Shown: positions 40,987-52,063, counted from the first letter of the stretch. The stretch: DNA of 64,000 nucleotides from Sedimentisphaerales bacterium (GCA_963663805.2 CAXXMR010000012.1:256001-320000), one strand, 5' to 3'. Notes: a model not told the origin generated them from the letters alone. A program made the numbers and translations.

Positions 40987-42120
40987 TTGGATAACCAGCC
41001 TATTAGCAAAGAGTTAGCCCGGGATAAAGAGCCGGAAATCAATAAGTATTTCAAGGCCGTCATCAAAATGCAGGGTTCGGACCTGCATCTCAAGGGAGAT
41101 GCCATCCCGCGGATGAGGATGAGCGGCACCCTGCGTCAGATGACCACCCCGCTGATTCTTGAAAAAGACCTCGAACGAATGATTTTCGAGATTCTCAGCG
41201 CTGAACAGCGCGAGTTTTTCCTGGCCCACGGTGCCCTGGACTTCGCCTATGACATGGGCGGCACGGACCGGTTCCGTACCAACATATTCCGGCAGCGGGG
41301 CAAATGTGCTTTGGTTGGCCGGCGTGTTAGCAGCAGTGTACCGAAGTTTGAGACTCTGCATCTGCCTCCCATGGTTCTCAAAATCGCCGAAAGCCATCAG
41401 GGGCTTATTCTGGTAACCGGAGTTACCGGTTCCGGAAAGAGTACCACCATCGCTTCGATGCTGGATTATATTAACCGCAATCGCTCCTGCCATATCGTGA
41501 CAGTCGAAGACCCTATCGAATTTATATACACTGATGACAAAGCCATCATCAGTCAGCGCGAAATCGGTATTGACGTGCCTAGCTTCGATGAGGCTCTTCG
41601 TTCTCTGATGCGTGAAGACCCCGATGTGGTGCTGGTCGGTGAGATTCGTGATTTTATCACCCTCAACGCCAGTCTCAAAGCTGCCGAAACCGGCCACATG
41701 GTATTCGGCACCCTGCACAGTACCGATGCCTACCAGACCATTGCGCGGGTACTGGACCTTACCCCGGAAGTTGAACGTCATATGGTGCGTCAGGCGATTG
41801 TGGGTAACCTTTACGCTATTGTTTCCCAGAGGCTGCTGCCTACTATCCGCAAGGATATTCCCCGTATCCCGGCAGTAGAAATTCTGCTGGCTAATCCGGT
41901 TATCAAAAAACTCATCGCTGAGGAACGCGAGGTAGATTTGCCCACCGTTATCAAGTCATCCTATGGCGAAGGCATGGTCGATTATACCGAATCTCTTCGG
42001 CTGCTGGTTGAACAGGAATTTATCGACCTTCGTATTGCTTATAATTTCGCACCCAAGCCGGAAGAACTCAAGATGGCCCTGAAGGGCATACGTTCCAGCG
42101 GCGGCGGTCTTATCGGATAA
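40987..42120 (+). CDS. pilT: PilT/PilU-family type IV pilus ATPase
   Basis: GSDLHL, GVTGSGKSTT, TVEDPIE, REDPDVVLVGEIRD, AAETGHMVFGTLH. Confidence 0.88.
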   Translation: MDNQPISKELARDKEPEINKYFKAVIKMQGSDLHLKGDAIPRMRMSGTLRQMTTPLILEKDLERMIFEILSAEQREFFLAHGALDFAYDMGGTDRFRTNIFRQRGKCALVGRRVSSSVPKFETLHLPPMVLKIAESHQGLILVTGVTGSGKSTTIASMLDYINRNRSCHIVTVEDPIEFIYTDDKAIISQREIGIDVPSFDEALRSLMREDPDVVLVGEIRDFITLNASLKAAETGHMVFGTLHSTDAYQTIARVLDLTPEVERHMVRQAIVGNLYAIVSQRLLPTIRKDIPRIPAVEILLANPVIKKLIAEEREVDLPTVIKSSYGEGMVDYTESLRLLVEQEFIDLRIAYNFAPKPEELKMALKGIRSSGGGLIG

Positions 42121-42130
42121 TCATTATATC

Positions 42131-43831
42131 ATGGAGTCATTCATGTCAGAACACATTTTAGCCCAGGCGCCTCCCTTGGGAGGATATATCGCTATCTGGA
42201 AGCTAGCCGTCTTTTTGGCCTTATTCGTATTTTGGGCCTGTGTGGGCCAATGGGTCGATAAAGATACCTTGTTGGTTCGTACCAACCGCTCTTTCTGGAA
42301 CAATATCTATTTGGGGGCCGGAACCGTAGCGATTGCCTTATGGTTTCTGGTGCCGGCGCCGATATTCATTGTCCATTTGCTCCTGTTCGTGGTTATCTGG
42401 GCGATGGTGCTGATTGTCTATATCCTGCACCGTAACTCCAGGGTCTCGCCCGAAGAAAGGCTTCTGACTCCCGACCATATTCGTCACGTATTTGCCGGCG
42501 ATAAGAAACGCAGAGAAGCTCAGAAACGGCTCATCTTTATCTCGGCTAACAAAAACCAACTGCCCATCCCTGACCGGCAGGCGCCAGAATATGATGGTTA
42601 CGTTAATGCCGAAGATATGGTATATGAAATTGGTCAGAGACGCGTTAGTCGTTCGGACCTGCTGCCCACGGGCGATAATTATCAGCAGAGAGTTGTTATT
42701 GACGGTGTGCTGAGTATCGCCGGAGATATTTCTCGTGAGGATGCCGAAGCCGCCATCGGCTATCTCAAAGAAGTCGGCGGTATGGACCAGTCTGATAAAC
42801 GCAGGCCCCAAAAAGGTAAATTTACCGTCCGCACCGAAACCGGCCAGGAAGTTAAGTTTAATGTTCGTACCGCCGGAAGTACCCGCGGCGAACAGATGTT
42901 ACTGGAACGGGTTGAAGAATTCCGCACTATGGGCCTGGATGAACTGGGGATGTCCGAGGACCAGTTGCAGGCGATGCAGGAAGTTATTGAAATACCCGAC
43001 GGCATAGTCCTTGTCTGCGGTGAAAAAGCCAGTGGGGCTACAACCTCTTTGTACAGTGTAGTTCGTAAGCACGACGCTTTTATTCAGAACGTCCATTCCA
43101 TCGAAAGTGATATTCTGGTCGAGCTCGACAATATTACCCAGAACATCGTCGATGAGAACCTCAATGACCATGATGCTTCGATTCGTCTCCAGAGTGTTCT
43201 TCGTGTCGATCCCGATGTTATAATGGTTGGTTTTTGTACCGGTTCCGAGATGGCTCTGATGGCCCAGAAGGCCGCCCGGCAGGGCAAGAAACTGTATGTC
43301 ACCTTTAATTCGCCCGGCACCTTCGAGGCACTGGAGATGTGGCTGAAATGGGTCGGCGACCCCGTCAAGGCCAGCCAGACGCTCCGGGCAGTGACCTGCC
43401 AGAGACTGATTCGAAAACTTTGTCCTGACTGCCGAGAAGCATACGCTCCCAATGCCGACCTGTTGCGTAAGCTGAATCTGCCCGCTGATAAAATCAAACA
43501 ATTCTATCGTCCGCCGACCCAGATTGAAACCGATAAGCATGGCAACCCGATTCTCTGTGAAACTTGTCAGGGAACCGGCTATTATGGCCGGACGGCGGTT
43601 TTTGAAACTCTCTTTATCAATGACGCGATGGCAAAGTTGATTGCGGAAAAAGCACCTATCAATACTCTCAGGGCTCAAAGCCGAAAAAATAAAATGTTAT
43701 ATCTGCAGGAACAGGCGATTCGCCGCGTGATTGACGCCACGACCAGTATCCAGGAAGTGTCACGTGTCACCGCCGAAAAACCCGCTCGTAAAGCAAAACC
43801 AAAATCAGCACCCCCAAAAGAAAAAAGCTGA
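42131..43831 (+). CDS. PilB/GspE-like protein with N-terminal TM helices and degenerate ATPase motifs
   Basis: DKRRPQKGKF, LRVDPDVIMVG, QRLIRKLCPDC...CETCQGTGYYGRTAVFE; Walker A reads GEKASGATT. Confidence 0.8.
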   Translation: MESFMSEHILAQAPPLGGYIAIWKLAVFLALFVFWACVGQWVDKDTLLVRTNRSFWNNIYLGAGTVAIALWFLVPAPIFIVHLLLFVVIWAMVLIVYILHRNSRVSPEERLLTPDHIRHVFAGDKKRREAQKRLIFISANKNQLPIPDRQAPEYDGYVNAEDMVYEIGQRRVSRSDLLPTGDNYQQRVVIDGVLSIAGDISREDAEAAIGYLKEVGGMDQSDKRRPQKGKFTVRTETGQEVKFNVRTAGSTRGEQMLLERVEEFRTMGLDELGMSEDQLQAMQEVIEIPDGIVLVCGEKASGATTSLYSVVRKHDAFIQNVHSIESDILVELDNITQNIVDENLNDHDASIRLQSVLRVDPDVIMVGFCTGSEMALMAQKAARQGKKLYVTFNSPGTFEALEMWLKWVGDPVKASQTLRAVTCQRLIRKLCPDCREAYAPNADLLRKLNLPADKIKQFYRPPTQIETDKHGNPILCETCQGTGYYGRTAVFETLFINDAMAKLIAEKAPINTLRAQSRKNKMLYLQEQAIRRVIDATTSIQEVSRVTAEKPARKAKPKSAPPKEKS

Positions 43832-43885
43832 CACCCCTAACAGTGATTTTAACTGAACTACAGCACTCGCACAGGAGGTAAGGCC

Positions 43886-45649
43886 ATGGTGGCCATTTTA
43901 ATAACTTGCGTACTCGTTATCGCCCTGACCGCTTACCAAATGTTTATTCAGGGACTTTTCAGTGCCGTCATTATGGCTGTGCTTTCGCTGGTTTCCGCGG
44001 CGCTGGCCCTGAACTATTTCGAGCCGATGGCCCAGTGGCTCAACGGGTTTGGGATAGCTGCTTTTGGTACTCAGGGCGGCAGCCTAATGCTGATTTTTGC
44101 CTTCACTCTGGTAATCTTCCGTGAAGCGACAGACCGGCTCATCAAAGGTAATATGCGGTTCCCGGTTTATATCGACCGGCCCGCCTCGGCCTTCTTCGGG
44201 CTTATTACCAGCCTGACGGTAGTCGGGATTTTTACGCTCGGTTTCCAGATGCTGCCTATTAGTGAGAATATTATCGGTTTCAACCGTTTTCCCGACCTGA
44301 ACAATCTTGAGGAACGCAAGAGTCTGTTTCCCGGACCGGATAGTTTTGTCGCGGGAGTATTCACTCAGTTCAGCAATTATTCTTTTCATGGTTCCAATAG
44401 TTTTGATTCATCTCATCCTGATTTGACCGCCGAGCTTTATTTCGACCGACTGACCATCGACCCGGCCAGTCGTCAGGAAGCTGCCCAGGACGCTATAACG
44501 CTCCAGAAAGCCTGGATTCTCACCGAGCAGGTTACTGACATCGGCACCGGTCAGGCTGTGACGGCTTCCGGTACGTTGCTGGCGGTCAGAATCAATATCA
44601 AGAAAGGGGCTGTTGACAGCAGCGAAAATCGCGGCGCCGCTGACCCCGACGGAGTGATTCGTTTTGCTCTGGGGAATATTCGGCTGGTCGGTTATGAACA
44701 CGACGGCCCCGGAGTTACTGTTCATCCACTGGGTATTCTCAGGCCCGGGGCCCGCAGTGTGGACCTCATGCCGCTCAATGAGGGCAAAACGCTAAGGGCC
44801 AGCAGTAACGCTGCTCATGTCGATTTGCTTTTTAACTGGCCCCAAGATATTAATCAACTGCCCCCGATTTTTGTGCAGTTCAAACGGTTCGCTCGCGACA
44901 CATTGCCCGACAAAAAAACACTTATCGAATCGGCTCAGTCGGCAGGTTCTATCGATTTGGAAAAAACCTCTTTCCAGGGCGACCTTGTGGAACCGGCCGA
45001 GGCGGCGCGGGCGGTTTATAAATGTGAAAAAATGGCCTATATCGAAAATCCCGCTGCTGCCCCCCATCGACTGGGGATTCCTTCCGACCAGGCCATGTAT
45101 GCCGGCAAGGACAGTGAAAATGCTATAGTGGTCCTTCCGCCGGATACTCTCGGTACAGCCATTCGCCGGATACATTTGGCGATTCCGGTGCCCAAGTCCA
45201 GTGAGGAAGCGCAAAGCTATACTCCTCTGGATGTACCCAACGGCTTTGGTTTGGTGACGCTGGAAATTTCATCACAGTCTCGTTCTGGTGCTGATAATCT
45301 CGTCCCGCCCACCCTGGTAGATTTGCTCGGACGTGAATTCCTGCCCGTTGGTGTTGTCGCCTCGGTGTCGGCCAGTACGCAGCTTATCGAATATGCTTAT
45401 TGTGCTTACAGTGATGCAAAGAGTAACGACCTTCTTACTCCCGACCGGCCTATTCGTCGGGCGTTCCCCTCTTCTCTGGCATCGATGGGAAATAGGGGAC
45501 GTCTCAACAAGGCCACCTATTTATATCTGGTGCCGCGGACCGGCGGGCCGGTGGGTTTGATTGGCTGCCGCGGACGTGACCAGGCTTCCGGCCCCGGTTA
45601 TTTCTGGGAGTTTAGCGAAATCGAAGCCGTAGTGGTCCCCGGTTTGTAA
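43886..45649 (+). CDS. CvpA-like membrane domain fused to a large soluble domain of unknown function
   Basis: Four N-terminal hydrophobic segments (QGLFSAVIM...ALNYFEPMA...DRPASAFFGLITS) followed by about 450 aa of soluble sequence. Confidence 0.6.
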   Translation: MVAILITCVLVIALTAYQMFIQGLFSAVIMAVLSLVSAALALNYFEPMAQWLNGFGIAAFGTQGGSLMLIFAFTLVIFREATDRLIKGNMRFPVYIDRPASAFFGLITSLTVVGIFTLGFQMLPISENIIGFNRFPDLNNLEERKSLFPGPDSFVAGVFTQFSNYSFHGSNSFDSSHPDLTAELYFDRLTIDPASRQEAAQDAITLQKAWILTEQVTDIGTGQAVTASGTLLAVRINIKKGAVDSSENRGAADPDGVIRFALGNIRLVGYEHDGPGVTVHPLGILRPGARSVDLMPLNEGKTLRASSNAAHVDLLFNWPQDINQLPPIFVQFKRFARDTLPDKKTLIESAQSAGSIDLEKTSFQGDLVEPAEAARAVYKCEKMAYIENPAAAPHRLGIPSDQAMYAGKDSENAIVVLPPDTLGTAIRRIHLAIPVPKSSEEAQSYTPLDVPNGFGLVTLEISSQSRSGADNLVPPTLVDLLGREFLPVGVVASVSASTQLIEYAYCAYSDAKSNDLLTPDRPIRRAFPSSLASMGNRGRLNKATYLYLVPRTGGPVGLIGCRGRDQASGPGYFWEFSEIEAVVVPGL

Positions 45650-45714
45650 AAAAGGATTCCGGTCTATACCGGTACGATTTTGCAGTTAAATAATCGCGAG
45701 GAAACCTAAAGAAT

Positions 45715-47883
45715 ATGTTCCAGCGCCGCCTGAAAGTCTTTCTGGCATTCCTTTTCGCGGCCCTGGTTGTTCTGGCCCTGCGAGTCATCTGGCTCCAGAT
45801 TATCCGCGCGGATGATTTCCTTGCCGAAGCCGCCCGCGTTCTGGAGCGTTCACCTCAGTGGATTGAGACCATGCGTGGCAGTATCTATGACCGCCGCGAC
45901 CGTGTGCTCGCCGAGGACCGGGCGGGGTTCGATTTGTGTCTGCACTATAAACTTACTCGAATCTACGACGACAGATTCTGGCATACCTTGAAACTTCGTT
46001 ATGCCGATGATGCCCCCGATGCCGTGGTAACTGCCTCCCGCGCCCGTCGTCTGTTCAAAAACAGTTTTAATATCAGCGCCGACCATATCAATAATCTTCT
46101 CGACGGGTTGGAAGACTCCGACCCCGTTCCCGTGGAGATGATACGTCAGGTCGCCCGTGCCAAGGCCGATAAACTTATTGATGACCTGGCAGAAATTTGT
46201 CAGTTAAGTCCCGCTGATTTTGTCGAGCCGATTACCAGAATTAACAATGAAATCTACAATCTGCAAGTCGCCGTGGCCCGTCGCTGTGTGTATCGCAATC
46301 TGGAACAGCCGACCCCGGTCGCGCCGGGCAATCAAGCCATTCTGGACGATCTAGTAAGACTGCTGCCCGATGAAAAAAAGAGACTCCTGGAAATCGACGA
46401 AACGCGGGTATACGAAATGACCGAACCCCAACTGGCGTTGCAGTCGCTACCGGAGGACATTGCCCTTACCATTGAAGAACGTTTCGTTGGTCGTTTCTTC
46501 GATGCCAATCGTCGCGAACGCCCCATCCTGATTCGCACCGGCAAACATCGTAATTACCCCTGGCAAGATAAAGCCTGTCATCTTGTCGGCACCATGCGGC
46601 CGGCAACGGATATTCAGGATAAAAGCCAGAACTCACCGCCCGTGGACGACGAACTTTTCGCTTATCAAATCGGCGACCGCCAGGGTGACTGGGGCAGCGA
46701 ATATATGTTTGAGGATGTCCTGCGCGGCCGCCGTGGCTGGGTACTCAAAGACATAGAAGACAACGATATTATCCGCAAAGACCCGGTTCTGGGCCGCGAT
46801 GTCAAATTAACTATTGATATTGAGCTGCAAAGTAGAATCCAGACGCTTTTTCAAGGGCGGAACAGTCTTGCCCAGAGCTTCACCGGTGCCGCGGTACTCA
46901 TAGATGTGCCCACCGGTCAGATTTTAGCGATGGTGTCCGTGCCGACCTTCGACCTGAATACATATTACAATCTGCCGCAATATGAACTGATTAACGAAAT
47001 CAAAACGCCCGACCCCCTGCGTCGCCGCCGCAACCGTGCCATTGGTGTCAATTATCAGCCCGGCTCGACCATCAAACCCACTCAACTGTTAGGTATTCTT
47101 CAGCAGGGCCTGATAAACGCTCATACAACTTTCGATTGCTCTTATGCCAATAAAGACTGGTCCGGCCCACCCTCAGATATAAAAAATCACGGCCCTATCG
47201 CCTCCGAAGATGCGGTAATGCGAAGCTGTAACTTCTACTTTATTACGGTTGGCCAGACCATGGGTTCGCTGCGACTTACCGACTGGCTCGACCTGGCGGG
47301 TTTTGGCCGAACAATTTTGTTCTGGGACGATTCCCACGCCGAAAAAGCCGCTTTTGCCTTTCGGGAAACCGCCGGTCACGTCAGACCCATTGGCAAGGAC
47401 CACCTTTCAATTTTTAATTTACGTTTTGTCAGTATTGGTCGTGGTTGTCTGGACGGTTCTGTACTGCAAATCGCCAACGCCGTGAGTACTATCGCCCGTG
47501 ACGGAGTTTATATTAGTCCCTATATAATTCTTGAGCCAGCCGCACAACCTCAACCCCAGCGTATCGCCTCAGTTTCAAATGCTCATGATGTGCAAAAAGC
47601 CATGCGTGCGGTAATCTATAAATCGAGCGGTACTGGCTTTAAGGCTTTTCAACCCTTGCCCTGGCAGGAAGATACCGTTAAGCTGTATGGTAAGACCGGC
47701 TCAACTGACTATTCGGTTTTTGCCTGTTTTGCTCAGGCCGCCAAGGACCAGCGAGCTTTAGCTTTGGCAGTGCTTGCTGAAACAGAGGTGCATGGCTCAG
47801 ATGTCGCCGCGCCGCTGGCACGTGAGATACTCATAACAGCCGCAAAGCTGGGGTATCTGCCTGAGCCGATGTTCGATGATTGA
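45715..47883 (+). CDS. Class B penicillin-binding protein (PBP2-like)
   Basis: N-terminal TM, RGSIYDR, GQILAMVSVPTFD, SxxK (GSTIKP), SxN (SCN), KTG. Confidence 0.9.
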   Translation: MFQRRLKVFLAFLFAALVVLALRVIWLQIIRADDFLAEAARVLERSPQWIETMRGSIYDRRDRVLAEDRAGFDLCLHYKLTRIYDDRFWHTLKLRYADDAPDAVVTASRARRLFKNSFNISADHINNLLDGLEDSDPVPVEMIRQVARAKADKLIDDLAEICQLSPADFVEPITRINNEIYNLQVAVARRCVYRNLEQPTPVAPGNQAILDDLVRLLPDEKKRLLEIDETRVYEMTEPQLALQSLPEDIALTIEERFVGRFFDANRRERPILIRTGKHRNYPWQDKACHLVGTMRPATDIQDKSQNSPPVDDELFAYQIGDRQGDWGSEYMFEDVLRGRRGWVLKDIEDNDIIRKDPVLGRDVKLTIDIELQSRIQTLFQGRNSLAQSFTGAAVLIDVPTGQILAMVSVPTFDLNTYYNLPQYELINEIKTPDPLRRRRNRAIGVNYQPGSTIKPTQLLGILQQGLINAHTTFDCSYANKDWSGPPSDIKNHGPIASEDAVMRSCNFYFITVGQTMGSLRLTDWLDLAGFGRTILFWDDSHAEKAAFAFRETAGHVRPIGKDHLSIFNLRFVSIGRGCLDGSVLQIANAVSTIARDGVYISPYIILEPAAQPQPQRIASVSNAHDVQKAMRAVIYKSSGTGFKAFQPLPWQEDTVKLYGKTGSTDYSVFACFAQAAKDQRALALAVLAETEVHGSDVAAPLAREILITAAKLGYLPEPMFDD

Positions 47884-48007
47884 AACGATAATAACGTCCG
47901 AATAATTAAAGGTACGCACACCTGCGTCCGATAAGTATCAAGATGATGTGTGCTGTTGCAACTAAAAATATTGGGTAGTACTTCAGCAGAGTTTACCGAG
48001 GTGAATA

Positions 48008-49339
48008 ATGATAAGTAACAGGTTTAAGGTGGTATTTGCAGCCCTGATAACCCTTGCTACCTGGAGCTTGGGGTGGGCCCAGAACGTTCAGGTTCAGACG
48101 ACCGTGGTTATGCGAGTACCCGCCATGGATGTCAACTATCAGCTCGCCGGTGATGAAACTCAGATCGAATCTGTACAACTCTGGTACGCCCAGGGGTATG
48201 ACGGCCCCTGGCAGCTTTTCGACTATGACCAGGACCATACCAGTCCCGTAAAATTCAACGCTCCCGGCGAAGGACTATATCGTTTGCTGGTGGTTGCTGT
48301 AGACCGCTGGGGGCGCAGTTCGTATCAAAGTCCGTCCAACAGTCCTGTTATTCCGGGCCAGATTCCCACTGATGTGCCGGCCCATCAGATAGTTTTTATC
48401 GACTGCACTGCCCCAGAGCTGTATCTGACCAGTCCCCGCGTGGAGTTTAGCGAGTATCGTCAGGATAATCTGCTCATTAGTTGGGCCGGTTTTGACGCTA
48501 ATCTCGATGCTCAGCCCGTTCGTCTTTACTATCAGCAGCCCGGCCTGACAACCTGGATTCCCCTCGATCAGAAACAGCCCGCCGGAGGGCAAGTTAACTG
48601 GACTATTCCCGCGGAGATCGCCGGAAAACTAAAGATAAAGGTCGAAATTACAGACCAGGCCGGCAATGTAACAACTCAGGAATCAGCCTTGGTAAACGTA
48701 ACCCGACCCGCGAAGCCGCTTCAGCCAATTAATATTCAGTCCGACACCGCTTCAGTTTCTCAACCATCTCCGCAAGCGACCAGCACTAGGATGCAAAAAC
48801 CCGAACCGGAAACCATCCCCGCCGCCGCGGTCTATAATGCTCCTGACACCAATGTTCTGCCCGCCCCCGTTGGGCCCTCATCCCAGGCCCTGCTGGCTTT
48901 TGCCCGCGCCGGGCTCCATCTTCAGCGGCACGAATGGGCTCAGGCAGCCCTGGCTTACCGTGAAGCTCTGGATTACGAACCTAAATATATTGAGGCTCGC
49001 ATCAATCTGGCCGGCGCTCTTTATGAAATGCAGGATTACGAACAGGCCCGGCGACAGTTCAAGCTCGCCCTCGAACAAGACCCCACCCGCTCCAGCGCTC
49101 TTTTCAATCTGGCCCGGACCGAACTGGATTTGCAGCTTTATGCTGATGCCCAGAACACTCTTACAACCCTCTTGAACCTGGACCGCCGTGACTGGCAGGG
49201 ATGGCTGCTCCATGGTTTAGCCTCGGTCAATCTGGGGCAGCTCGATACCGCCCTGAGTAGTTGGCGGATTGCCGCCCGCGGAGACCTGCCCGAAGTTGCC
49301 GAGCAAGCTCGGCAGTATATCGACCAATATCAGCCTTGA
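48008..49339 (+). CDS. Exported protein with C-terminal TPR repeats
   Basis: Signal peptide, beta-rich N-terminal domains, TPR-like AYREALDYEP...ARINLAGAL and ALEQDPTRSSALFNLA. Confidence 0.75.
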   Translation: MISNRFKVVFAALITLATWSLGWAQNVQVQTTVVMRVPAMDVNYQLAGDETQIESVQLWYAQGYDGPWQLFDYDQDHTSPVKFNAPGEGLYRLLVVAVDRWGRSSYQSPSNSPVIPGQIPTDVPAHQIVFIDCTAPELYLTSPRVEFSEYRQDNLLISWAGFDANLDAQPVRLYYQQPGLTTWIPLDQKQPAGGQVNWTIPAEIAGKLKIKVEITDQAGNVTTQESALVNVTRPAKPLQPINIQSDTASVSQPSPQATSTRMQKPEPETIPAAAVYNAPDTNVLPAPVGPSSQALLAFARAGLHLQRHEWAQAALAYREALDYEPKYIEARINLAGALYEMQDYEQARRQFKLALEQDPTRSSALFNLARTELDLQLYADAQNTLTTLLNLDRRDWQGWLLHGLASVNLGQLDTALSSWRIAARGDLPEVAEQARQYIDQYQP

Positions 49340-49445
49340 TTTAACGGTGCGTTGATTTATAATCAAGACCTAAGTCGTTTGAGGTAAGGATATTGGACGA
49401 ATATCGCTGCTCAGGGACGCTATTATTTCGGCAGGAACTGCACCT

Positions 49446-50468
49446 ATGCCCAGAAAAGCTCAAAGTAAATCTTCTGGCCCGCTCCAGCAACCCATAAGCC
49501 CCGTTTATGTCATTAGCGGTAAGGAACGCCGTCGTGCGGTTGACGAGCTGGGTAAGATTGTCGATTTTCTCCTGGAAGATTCTGACCCCCAGGTTTGTCT
49601 CAGTCAATATGACGGCCCGGACGCGAAACTCGCTGATGTGCTTGACGATTTGCGTACCCTGCCCTTTTTAGCGGAACGGCGGGTGATAGTCGTCAAGGAT
49701 GCCGACAAATTCATAACCAATTATCGCGAATACCTCGAAAACTACCTTAATGCCCCTTCAGCGACCGGTGTTCTGGTTATGCTCGCCGATAGTTTCCCCA
49801 AGACCACCCGGCTGGCCAAGCTGGTAGCCAAAATCGGCCAGCACATTCCCTGCGACCCCGTTAAAGCCAACCAGTTACCCGAATTTATCGCTGATTATGC
49901 CCGCTCCCAATACAATCTCGCCCTTAATGTCAACGCCGCCAGACTATTGGTAGAGCTCGTGGGCGACGATTCCGGTATGCTGGAAAGTGAAATTGATAAA
50001 GTCGCCACTTACCTGGCCGGTTCTACCGAAAAAAACATTTCCGCAGAGCTCATCCAAAACCTTATCGGCGACAATCGCCAGTTTAACGCCTTTAATGTCA
50101 TTGACGCTATGACCGAGGGCAATACCGCCCTGGCCCTGACCCGTTTTAATCAGATGATTCAACGCAGCAAAGACGCCCAGTTTACCGCCGTTGGTGCTTT
50201 CGCCTGGCATTTCCGTCGTCTGTATAATGCCCGCCTGCTCCTGGATGAGCGGGTCTCCGAGCGGGATATTATCTCACGGGTAAAGCTTTGGGGCAATGTC
50301 CGGCAGTTTATGACCCAGGTACACCGCCTCAATATTCGGCAAATAGCCGCGGTTATTCGTGAGCTTACGAAAATCGACCTTGATTCCAAGACCGGCCGGG
50401 GCACTGTCGCTTCGGGGCTGGAAAAACTCATTGTTAAGTTCGGTCGGACTGCTCGACAGACCGGCTGA
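49446..50468 (+). CDS. holA: DNA polymerase III subunit delta
   Basis: PVYVISGKE, LRTLPFLAERRVIVVKDAD, LVELVGDD...ESEIDKV, IDLDSKTG. Confidence 0.9.
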   Translation: MPRKAQSKSSGPLQQPISPVYVISGKERRRAVDELGKIVDFLLEDSDPQVCLSQYDGPDAKLADVLDDLRTLPFLAERRVIVVKDADKFITNYREYLENYLNAPSATGVLVMLADSFPKTTRLAKLVAKIGQHIPCDPVKANQLPEFIADYARSQYNLALNVNAARLLVELVGDDSGMLESEIDKVATYLAGSTEKNISAELIQNLIGDNRQFNAFNVIDAMTEGNTALALTRFNQMIQRSKDAQFTAVGAFAWHFRRLYNARLLLDERVSERDIISRVKLWGNVRQFMTQVHRLNIRQIAAVIRELTKIDLDSKTGRGTVASGLEKLIVKFGRTARQTG

Positions 50469-50512
50469 AGATATACCGTAAATAAATTTAATGCAGCAGG
50501 GAGGCTGACCTG

Positions 50513-51931
50513 ATGATTATCGCTTATCAGAAAATTTTGAGCATGTTCCGTCAAAATGTTTTGAGAAACATCGTGGTATTATTGAGTGCCGCGACAATTG
50601 TTATCGCGACCGGTTGTCATTCTCCGGTCTATACGCCCGCCCCGCGCGAATCAGTCGCGGCCCAGCCCGCAACCCGCAGCGATACCAGCCCGTCGCAAAA
50701 CAATCCTCCCGCCCACAGCTATCCAGAGGCCGCCACCACACAGAAATACCCCCAGCTAGCGGTCCAGACACCTGATTTCCCCATGCGTCAGGAAGGAAAC
50801 GCAACCCCGCAAAACTGGCAGAATTACAACCAGTATCCAACTCAGCAAATGCCGCAACCTGCTTCTGCGCCTAGAGTTACCAATGTATTCCCTCAGAATG
50901 CCCCACAGAACTACCCCTATGGACAAACTCCCTCCTACCTGCGGCAATCTGCACTGCCGCCTCGACCGGTGGTACATTCTGTGACCGTTTCGCAGTCAGC
51001 TGCCCAACCCTGGCAGTCGGGCCAGACCTTGATGGTGGCCGCGCCGAAACAGACCTATGACCCAGCCGTACCAGCCGTTCAGGCCCAGACGCTGCCGGCG
51101 ACATCAGCCATCGAAGCCAACCCAAAGGACACTCAGGCTCTGAATGTCTCAGCGACTTCAGTCAATAAGCCCGCCTCGGAAATCAAGACCCAATCTGAAC
51201 CGCAAGTGGATACCCGTACCAATGTTGAACGTACGTTGGATGACCTGAAAAAATTAATCAGCAAACAGCCGGATGATATTGTCGCCCAGCTCGCCTTGCG
51301 TTGTCTCTACAGTGCCTATGGCCAGAACGAAAAAGCCCTCGCCGAACTTGATGATATTGACACTCAGGACCAGAACGCCGCCCTGTCTCTGGCAGAAGCC
51401 ATGGTCCTGGCAGCCCAGGCCGCCGACCCTCACAATGCTGACAATACTGATATTGCTAACCAGGCCCTGGCTTCTATCGAGCAGTTACGCGAAAAACTAG
51501 CCGAAAAAGCTGAGCCGGTCATCACTACCTTCAAAGTTTGCAGTCGGGTCGATGGTTTTGGCCGGTACGATGAAGTGCCCGTTTCTCAGCTTGCAACCGG
51601 AAGCCCTCAGAGGGTACTGGTATATTGTGAATTGAAAAACTTCAAGCATAAACGCAACGCCGAAGGTAAATACCTCACTCAACTTGCCGCTCAGGTATTC
51701 CTCTATGACAGTCAGTATCGCCCCGTTGTCCAGTTCATGGATGATGTCACCGATTTACCCTCGTATAATCCCCGTAGTGATTTCTTTATGAGAGGCGCTC
51801 TTGACATACCGTCTCTTTCGCCGGGCAAATATCAGCTGGTAGTGACCATGGAAGACAAGGTCTCTCAACCATCAAGGTGGGCCCAACCCGCCCGGATTGA
51901 CTTTGAAGTCAAATCATCACCAGCCAAATAA
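50513..51931 (+). CDS. Hypothetical lipoprotein with Pro/Gln-rich N-terminus and C-terminal beta domain
   Basis: Lipobox IATGC; CSRVDGFGRY, VLVYCELKNF, PGKYQLVVTMED. Confidence 0.65.
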   Translation: MIIAYQKILSMFRQNVLRNIVVLLSAATIVIATGCHSPVYTPAPRESVAAQPATRSDTSPSQNNPPAHSYPEAATTQKYPQLAVQTPDFPMRQEGNATPQNWQNYNQYPTQQMPQPASAPRVTNVFPQNAPQNYPYGQTPSYLRQSALPPRPVVHSVTVSQSAAQPWQSGQTLMVAAPKQTYDPAVPAVQAQTLPATSAIEANPKDTQALNVSATSVNKPASEIKTQSEPQVDTRTNVERTLDDLKKLISKQPDDIVAQLALRCLYSAYGQNEKALAELDDIDTQDQNAALSLAEAMVLAAQAADPHNADNTDIANQALASIEQLREKLAEKAEPVITTFKVCSRVDGFGRYDEVPVSQLATGSPQRVLVYCELKNFKHKRNAEGKYLTQLAAQVFLYDSQYRPVVQFMDDVTDLPSYNPRSDFFMRGALDIPSLSPGKYQLVVTMEDKVSQPSRWAQPARIDFEVKSSPAK

Positions 51932-52022
51932 TAACATTCTCTTGTCACGGCTAACAAATACACTGTTAGTTGCCCCAGAAAATTTTGTCGCACGCGTACT
52001 GAATTTTTAATCAGATGCGCAT

Positions 52023-52063
52023 AAAAAAAAGGCCAAAGCGAAAATCAATCCGCTTCAGCCTTT
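52023..52063 (-). terminator. Terminator after the outer-membrane protein gene
   Basis: AAAGGC-CA-AAGCG...CGCTT-CA-GCCTTT stem with an A8 run on the + strand. Confidence 0.55.
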
